From an uncultured Methanosarcinales archaeon (GTDB taxonomy: Archaea; Nanobdellota; Nanobdellia; Woesearchaeales; GW2011-AR9): DNA of 64,000 nt. This document shows, one piece after another, positions 58,787 to 64,000 of this stretch (positions are counted from its first letter, which is position 1; each line of letters begins with the position of its first letter). The stretch is from positions 43,347 through 107,346 of the forward strand of contig CAYFMM010000004.1 of NCBI GenBank assembly GCA_964344285.1. The letters run 5' to 3'. Both the position numbers and the translations under genes were made by a program. The notes beneath the pieces were generated by a model, which was given only the letters and a program-made list of their open reading frames with translations, made no database searches and was not told the DNA's origin.

Positions 58787-60076
58787 ATGGAACAAAAACA
58801 ATTAGATGAGTTAGACGAATCCTACTTTGGTGATGAATTCATTGAAGAAGATTCCGTCGTAATAACACCGGCTAGAGTTGAGCCGAAAACAGAATCAAAA
58901 GATACTTCTACAGCAAAAGCTGCTAAAAAAGTTTCTAAAAAGGAGACTAAAAAGGTAGCAAAAAAAGAAACTAAGTCGGCTACAAAAAAAGCTTCTAAGG
59001 TAAAAGAAGAGAAAAAGGTTGCTACAAAAGTAACTGAAGTAAAAAAAGAACCTTTAGAAAAAGAAGTGGCAAAAAAAGATGAGAAAACAGTTGAAGTTTC
59101 TTCTCCAGTAAATCCTTGGAATGGTGAAAACAAACAAAAAGCGGTGAAAGCAGAAGTCAAATCAGAGGCTAAGCCTGAATCAGAAAAAGAAACAACAATT
59201 AAGGCTCAAACAACAGCAGAAGCTGAAAAATCAACAAATGAAAACGCTGGCTTTTTTAGAGAAACTTCTACTTGGAAAGCAATCTCTGGGATTATCTTAA
59301 TCTTACTGGTATTTTCAGTATTTACACAAGGATTTCAGTTTTCAGAAGATGTAGTGACAACAAGTGCAGTAGCAGACTTATCATTAGTACAAGCAGAAAA
59401 TAAAGTACTTGAATTTGTAAACACAAATCTATTGCAAGCACCTTTTCAGGCAACCATAATCTCTTCAGAAGATGTTGGTAGTTTATACAAAGTAACACTT
59501 TCAATTGCTGGACAGCAGGTTGATTCCTATTTAACAAAAGATGGACAAACATTCTTCCCACAAGGAATTGACACTTCTATCTCCTTAATTCCAACAGAAG
59601 ATCCTAATGTTGTGGAATTGGAACAATCTGAAGACACAATTCAAGAAGGGGTAGTTGAAGAAACACCAGAAGAAGTTGTTGAAATGCCAGTTGAAGAGGC
59701 GCCAATTGAAGAAAACGTAAAAACAACTCTGACTGAAACTCAAGAGCCACAGGAGGTTGTAACAGAACCAGTTCAAACAACTCCTGTAACAGAGACAAAA
59801 AGTTTCACTTTAGTTTCCAAAAAATGGTCTTTTACTCCAGATGTTGTGCGAGTTAAGCAAGGAGATCTTGTAAGATTAACAATCTCTCCAAATTCAGACA
59901 ACCCAACATTTGCTCTAAATCAATTTACTTTCGGAGTTCCTGAGCTTAATGTGGAACAACAAGTAAATGGTCAAACAGTTGTTGAATTTACTGCAGATAA
60001 AACTGGAAACTTTCCATTCACTTGTACTAGCTGTGAATCTTGGAGGGGCATGTCTGGGACTTTAGTTGTGGAATAA
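58787..60076 (+). CDS. membrane-anchored protein with K-rich repeat region and C-terminal cupredoxin-like domain
   Basis: KK(V/A)xKKETK repeats, a TM 'AISGIILILLVFSVF', and a C-terminus 'GDLVRLTISPNSDNPTFAL...FTCTSCESWRGMSG' resembling cupredoxin/CuA-like Cys-x-x-Cys...Met ligands. Confidence 0.45.
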   Translation: MEQKQLDELDESYFGDEFIEEDSVVITPARVEPKTESKDTSTAKAAKKVSKKETKKVAKKETKSATKKASKVKEEKKVATKVTEVKKEPLEKEVAKKDEKTVEVSSPVNPWNGENKQKAVKAEVKSEAKPESEKETTIKAQTTAEAEKSTNENAGFFRETSTWKAISGIILILLVFSVFTQGFQFSEDVVTTSAVADLSLVQAENKVLEFVNTNLLQAPFQATIISSEDVGSLYKVTLSIAGQQVDSYLTKDGQTFFPQGIDTSISLIPTEDPNVVELEQSEDTIQEGVVEETPEEVVEMPVEEAPIEENVKTTLTETQEPQEVVTEPVQTTPVTETKSFTLVSKKWSFTPDVVRVKQGDLVRLTISPNSDNPTFALNQFTFGVPELNVEQQVNGQTVVEFTADKTGNFPFTCTSCESWRGMSGTLVVE

Positions 60077-60172
60077 TTGTGTGTAAGTGGGTACTACCCT
60101 GTACTCACAAGAACATAATTCAATTATCTCAAAAACACAACATTTTTAACTTTCTTCTTTTTTTAATTCCAA

Positions 60173-60757
60173 ATGCGTAAAAAGGACAACAAACTGTTTA
60201 GTAAAATTGTCATGATATTTTTCTTGGTGATGATTATTCTTGGGTTTACAATTCCTGGATTTTTGCACTCACCCCTTCAAGGAGAATCAACACATAATCA
60301 AAATCAAGCTGAACCAAAACTTTGTCAAACCGATGCTGATTGTACTTTAAGTTGCGGTGATTCTAACGTTCCAGTATTATGCACCCAAAACTTATGTATG
60401 CAAAATAGTTGCGAAGAAGGGTCTTATTTCACTTATAGGGAAGAGCCAGCTTCATTTACACTAAACATTATTGTAAATCAAGAACCTCTTAATTACGAGT
60501 TATATGGCAACACTCAAAACTCATTTATTACTGCACAACAAAATCAAATAAACCTGCACACCAGAGGGCTCTATCTTCAACAAATCTTAGAAAAGTTTCA
60601 AATGGGATTTACAGAACAGTGCTTTGTAACTCCGCTCCAAAACTATTGTGGGCAGCAAGGAGAAGAGCTTACTTTTACAGTAAATGGAGAAGAATCAACA
60701 GAATTTGCAAACTACGTGCCACAAGAAAATGACGTCATTGAAATCATTGTCGCATAA
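60173..60757 (+). CDS. Cys-rich membrane-anchored hypothetical protein
   Basis: N-terminal TM, then 'CQTDADCTLSCGDSNVPVLCTQNLCMQNSC'. Confidence 0.4.
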   Translation: MRKKDNKLFSKIVMIFFLVMIILGFTIPGFLHSPLQGESTHNQNQAEPKLCQTDADCTLSCGDSNVPVLCTQNLCMQNSCEEGSYFTYREEPASFTLNIIVNQEPLNYELYGNTQNSFITAQQNQINLHTRGLYLQQILEKFQMGFTEQCFVTPLQNYCGQQGEELTFTVNGEESTEFANYVPQENDVIEIIVA

Positions 60758-60822
60758 CTTTAAAGTATTGCAAAACTCTAAATCCACAATCTTTATATTC
60801 TTCTTACTTTCTTCATTTTGTT

Positions 60823-62034
60823 ATGGAATTTACAACAATCACAACATTTCTGCATAAAATTGCAACACTTGCTAATCTTAATGAAAAAGAGTTAGAGCTA
60901 CTCTCAACTCCGCAACATATCCGTAAGGCTCAATTAGAAGTAAACGGTAAAACATACCCAGCATACAGAGTTCAATGGAATAATGCACGGGGCCCTTACA
61001 AAGGAGGAATTAGGTTTCACCCTGAAGTTACCGAAGATGAAGTAAAAGCACTTGCGTTTTGGATGTCAATTAAAACAGCAGTTGCAGACATCCCGTTAGG
61101 TGGCGGAAAAGGCGGAGTGACCGTAAACCCTAAAGATTTATCAGCTGAAGAACTAGAAGAATTAAGCCGAGAATTTGTACGCAAGTTCCATGAGTTTATC
61201 GGCCCACAACAAGATATTCCAGCCCCTGATGTATACACAACACCTCAAATCATGGCGTGGATGAAAGATGAATATGAAAAAATAGTGGGCCATCCAGCTC
61301 CAGGAGTAATTACAGGAAAACCTCTTGAACATGGTGGTTCACTTGTACGTGACATTGCAACTGCTCTTGGTGGTGTTTACATCTTAGAAGAAGCAGTACA
61401 AAAACTACATTTACAATCTAAAAAAGTAGCAATCCAAGGTTTTGGAAATGCTGGAATGCACGCAGCACACCTTTTAGCAGAACGGGGATATACGATTGTT
61501 GCAGTATCTGACTCAAAAGGAGGAGTTTACAATCCAGGTGGTCTTGACGTTGCAAAATTAATGGATGTTAAAAAAGAAACTCGCTCAGTAATTAATTACA
61601 CGGATGCAAAACAAGTGAGCAACGAAGAACTCTTGGAACTTGATGTCGATATTTTAGTCCCCTCTGCTTTGAGTGGAGTTTTAACACAAGATAACGCAGC
61701 AAAAGTTAATGCAAAAATTGTTCTTGAGCTTGCAAACGGCCCAACAAGTAATGAAGCAGATGAAATTTTACATCAAAAAGGAACATTAGTAATTCCCGAT
61801 ATTCTTGCAAATTCAGGTGGTGTTACTGTAAGTTATTTTGAATGGTATCAAAACCAACACGATGAGAAATGGGAAGCAGATGCTGTTAAAGAAAAGCTAA
61901 AAGCAAAAATGGTTGAAGCATTCACTCAACTCTGGCATGCACATCAAGGAAAAGATTACACCTTTAGAACAACAGCGTATATTCATGCTATAAAGAAAAT
62001 TCTTGATGCTGAAAGGAAAAGAGGAAGGTTGTAG
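60823..62034 (+). CDS. gdhA: glutamate dehydrogenase (Glu/Leu/Phe/Val dehydrogenase family)
   Basis: 'GPYKGGIRFHPEV', 'LGGGKGGV' and the Rossmann 'VAIQGFGNAGMHAAHLL'. 403 aa. Confidence 0.85.
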   Translation: MEFTTITTFLHKIATLANLNEKELELLSTPQHIRKAQLEVNGKTYPAYRVQWNNARGPYKGGIRFHPEVTEDEVKALAFWMSIKTAVADIPLGGGKGGVTVNPKDLSAEELEELSREFVRKFHEFIGPQQDIPAPDVYTTPQIMAWMKDEYEKIVGHPAPGVITGKPLEHGGSLVRDIATALGGVYILEEAVQKLHLQSKKVAIQGFGNAGMHAAHLLAERGYTIVAVSDSKGGVYNPGGLDVAKLMDVKKETRSVINYTDAKQVSNEELLELDVDILVPSALSGVLTQDNAAKVNAKIVLELANGPTSNEADEILHQKGTLVIPDILANSGGVTVSYFEWYQNQHDEKWEADAVKEKLKAKMVEAFTQLWHAHQGKDYTFRTTAYIHAIKKILDAERKRGRL

Positions 62035-62049
62035 TCTTTATTCCTCGTA

Positions 62050-62090
62050 GGGTTTAATACTCCGTTGCTCTGCAACGATTAACTTTTTTT
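62050..62090 (+). terminator. conserved 3'-end motif UAAUACUCCG + hairpin GUUGC-UCUG-GCAAC + U7 (copy 3)
   Basis: Found 16 nt after the gdhA stop. Same lead-in and UYUG loop as the 54.0-kb copies. The stem co-varies (GAUGC/GCAUC to GUUGC/GCAAC). Confidence 0.5.
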
Positions 62091-62181
62091 AATAACTTAA
62101 TTTATCTTTTTATTATCTTCTTCTCTTACTATTTCCAAAATACTAAACTTCAAGAATTAAAATAAATAAAAAAGAAAAAAC

Positions 62182-63084
62182 CTAATTACAGGTAATTGTA
62201 AAATCTCCTCCCACTAGGCCGCCTGCAAATTGTTGATAAAATGCCCGTCCTGTTCGGACATTTTCTCCTGTATTTAATGTGCCCATTGCATTCGTCCCTG
62301 TAACGCTTCCTCTTCTTGCAATATTTTGGAAGAAACTATATTCTGCTGGTTGTGAGTTACTAGTTACGGTTATATTTGCTCTATCAACGTTTGTACAAAC
62401 ATTCTCAAAAAAGAAGTCAACTGAACTATTGGTTGCTCCCATTAATGTGAATCTTTCTCCTGTAGGAAGAGTTTGGGATAGACTCCTAGTGCCTCCTAGC
62501 TGAATTGTTTGTCCGCTGTATCTAATCTCTGCTTGATACAATCCACTACCTTGAACACTATATGCTGCAAAATGGTGAGAATTATTCATTACTGTAACAC
62601 ATGCACCGTTACTACAAGTGGCTCCTAAACAAGGGATAAATTGTTTTGTGCTGTATTCATTTCCTGGACTTCCTGCACAATAAAATTCTGTTAATGTGTT
62701 GCCATTACACTCGTCTGTTTCTGTAGCAACTGTTTGTCCATTACTTGTGATAAATACAGTTCCTTGTATGGTTCTATCCACTCCTCCGTCTGTGTCTGTA
62801 CATGTAACAGAAGGATTATTCTCGATAACTCCTCCTTGGTTTGCTTCAAATTGTTTGTTATCTTCAATTTTGAGTGGATCTTTTTCTTCTGCCTTAATCT
62901 CATATTGGTACTTTGATTCTACTTTTTGAGCTGGTTCAAATTGTTTTTGATTAAACCTAAACGCCTCTCCAGCTAAATTTGCTGGCTCTTTTGGTTCTGC
63001 AAAGAAAAAAATTGCAGCAATAACTACAACTGCAGCAATAACTGCAACATATGCATATTTTGGAATTTTTTGTTTCATATTCAC
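62182..63084 (-). CDS. secreted Cys-rich protein (paralogue family)
   Basis: N-terminal TM/signal, shared 'NLAGEAF' and 'TETDECNGNTLTEFYCAGSPG' blocks with the downstream-encoded paralogue. Confidence 0.5.
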   Translation of the reverse strand: MNMKQKIPKYAYVAVIAAVVVIAAIFFFAEPKEPANLAGEAFRFNQKQFEPAQKVESKYQYEIKAEEKDPLKIEDNKQFEANQGGVIENNPSVTCTDTDGGVDRTIQGTVFITSNGQTVATETDECNGNTLTEFYCAGSPGNEYSTKQFIPCLGATCSNGACVTVMNNSHHFAAYSVQGSGLYQAEIRYSGQTIQLGGTRSLSQTLPTGERFTLMGATNSSVDFFFENVCTNVDRANITVTSNSQPAEYSFFQNIARRGSVTGTNAMGTLNTGENVRTGRAFYQQFAGGLVGGDFTITCN

Positions 63085-63091
63085 ACTTCTA

Positions 63092-64000
63092 TTAACTACA
63101 TACTAGGCTAATACTTACCTCCATTTCTCCATTATTATTACTGGCTGCGCCATTAAGTCTTATGTGCTGGTCTTTGTCAATCATAACTTCTTGCCATGGC
63201 TGAAATCCATATTTTTTGCCATTTACAATAATTGCGGCATCTCCTCTAAACTGTTCTACTCTTGGCTCAATTACAAAGCTTCTGCCACAAAAAGGGCTTG
63301 TAAACAAATAAGAATGGCCACTAAATCCTTGCGGTTGAACAGTGATTGAATTTAATGTTAATGTCTCTCCTCTTTGGCTTAAGCTATTACTTTGAAATGT
63401 TCTCATTTGTCGTATACCTAAAATCGCTTGTTCTGCAGTGGCCCAACGCTGAGTTTGTTCTCTTTTAACAAAAAAGTCAACTAGGTTGGTTCCTACTGTT
63501 GTGTTCATTGTAGTTGTAATGTTGTACATCTCTGCTTCAATGCATGATTGTGTACATCCGTCGAAATTATCTTTATTCCCATCGTCACATTGCTCTCTTC
63601 CTTCTACAATGGAATTTCCACAAACACTCGTCTGTGTTGCTTGCTGTGAAACGATTGCTTTACTCGCACCAGTATTGACATTGTTTCCCTGTACGCACGC
63701 TCCATTGACGCATTGTCCTAAACATTGTATCTCTCCTTTATTTACAAAAGGTCCTTGCGCATTTGAATCGCAGAAAAATTCCATCACTGTAGACTTTCCT
63801 GTACATTCATCAGTTTCAGTTTGAATTGTTCTCCCATTACGTACAAGTCTTGTGCTTGCTTGCACAAATTGGTTAGATCCTTGATCAGCATCAAAACAAC
63901 TAGTCAGTCCTTGATTTTGGTTTGCTTTTTGCACCTGGTTTTGTTGTGCGTACCTAAATAACGTCGCTTGTCCAGCTAAATTCCCACTTAAATCAATGGG
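63092..64000 (-). CDS. secreted Cys-rich protein, paralogue of 62182-63084; 5' end beyond window
   Basis: The frame stays open upstream of the GTG called by the ORF track through to position 64000 (…PIDLSGNLAGQATLFRYAQQNQVQKANQ…). It contains 'TETDECTGKSTVMEFFCDS', parallel to the paralogue. Confidence 0.5.
   Translation of the reverse strand, partial: PIDLSGNLAGQATLFRYAQQNQVQKANQNQGLTSCFDADQGSNQFVQASTRLVRNGRTIQTETDECTGKSTVMEFFCDSNAQGPFVNKGEIQCLGQCVNGACVQGNNVNTGASKAIVSQQATQTSVCGNSIVEGREQCDDGNKDNFDGCTQSCIEAEMYNITTTMNTTVGTNLVDFFVKREQTQRWATAEQAILGIRQMRTFQSNSLSQRGETLTLNSITVQPQGFSGHSYLFTSPFCGRSFVIEPRVEQFRGDAAIIVNGKKYGFQPWQEVMIDKDQHIRLNGAASNNNGEMEVSISLVCS

Noticed and set aside
58822-59798. Minus-strand ORFs (58822-59160, 59322-59561, 59585-59776, 59604-59798) opposite the K-rich repeat protein
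   Set aside because: They are low-complexity translations of the antisense of lysine/glutamate-rich repeats.
1-64000. CRISPR arrays, rRNA genes, IS elements / transposases, integrases
   Set aside because: No regularly spaced direct repeats and no rRNA-like conserved stretches. No DDE, serine or tyrosine recombinase signatures were recognised in any frame. The only mobile-element-like genes are the two LAGLIDADG ORFs.

Overview
This is an AT-rich window that looks archaeal, plausibly from a DPANN-type small-genome archaeon. The evidence is a tight cluster of archaeal markers: aEF-1beta, ABCE1, Trm1, RtcA, archaeal-type GluRS, geranylgeranyl reductase, a TrmB regulator, a PRC-barrel protein, an intron-containing tRNA and TATA/BRE-style promoters. 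Coding density is high. Recognisable housekeeping content includes a six-gene branched-chain amino-acid ABC uptake operon (two binding lipoproteins, livHMGF), ribA, gdhA, a Nudix hydrolase, an Lgt homologue, an amino-acid permease and a MacB/FtsX-type ABC exporter. A large fraction of the window encodes secreted or membrane-anchored surface proteins. A co-directional five-gene surface module sits at 14.4-22.8 kb. A 2760-aa giant adhesin-like protein has beta-helix and Ig-like repeats, many NxS/T sequons, a C-terminal membrane anchor and a long lysine-rich cytoplasmic tail. Several Cys-rich secreted paralogues are also present. The most interesting signals are non-coding. (i) An about 220-nt GC-rich candidate structured RNA lies between ribA and a LAGLIDADG endonuclease gene (11753-11971), with a TATA box, a 9-bp terminal helix and a T-tract. 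(ii) A two-copy family of structured elements (4310-4460 and 26666-26881) shows conserved single-stranded motifs and compensatory changes in the helices. (iii) A conserved UAAUACYCCG + hairpin(UYUG loop) motif is found three times at 3' ends of + strand genes. (iv) A tRNA carries a 20-22-nt intron whose position looks non-canonical. (v) A roughly 340-codon gene is split by a frameshift. There are also two free-standing LAGLIDADG genes (one translationally coupled to ABCE1), an MNT-HEPN pair fused into the front of the MacB exporter operon, and an NT-HEPN fusion. No CRISPR array, rRNA or IS element was seen. All calls rest on reading the sequence and recalled family signatures; no database search was possible.
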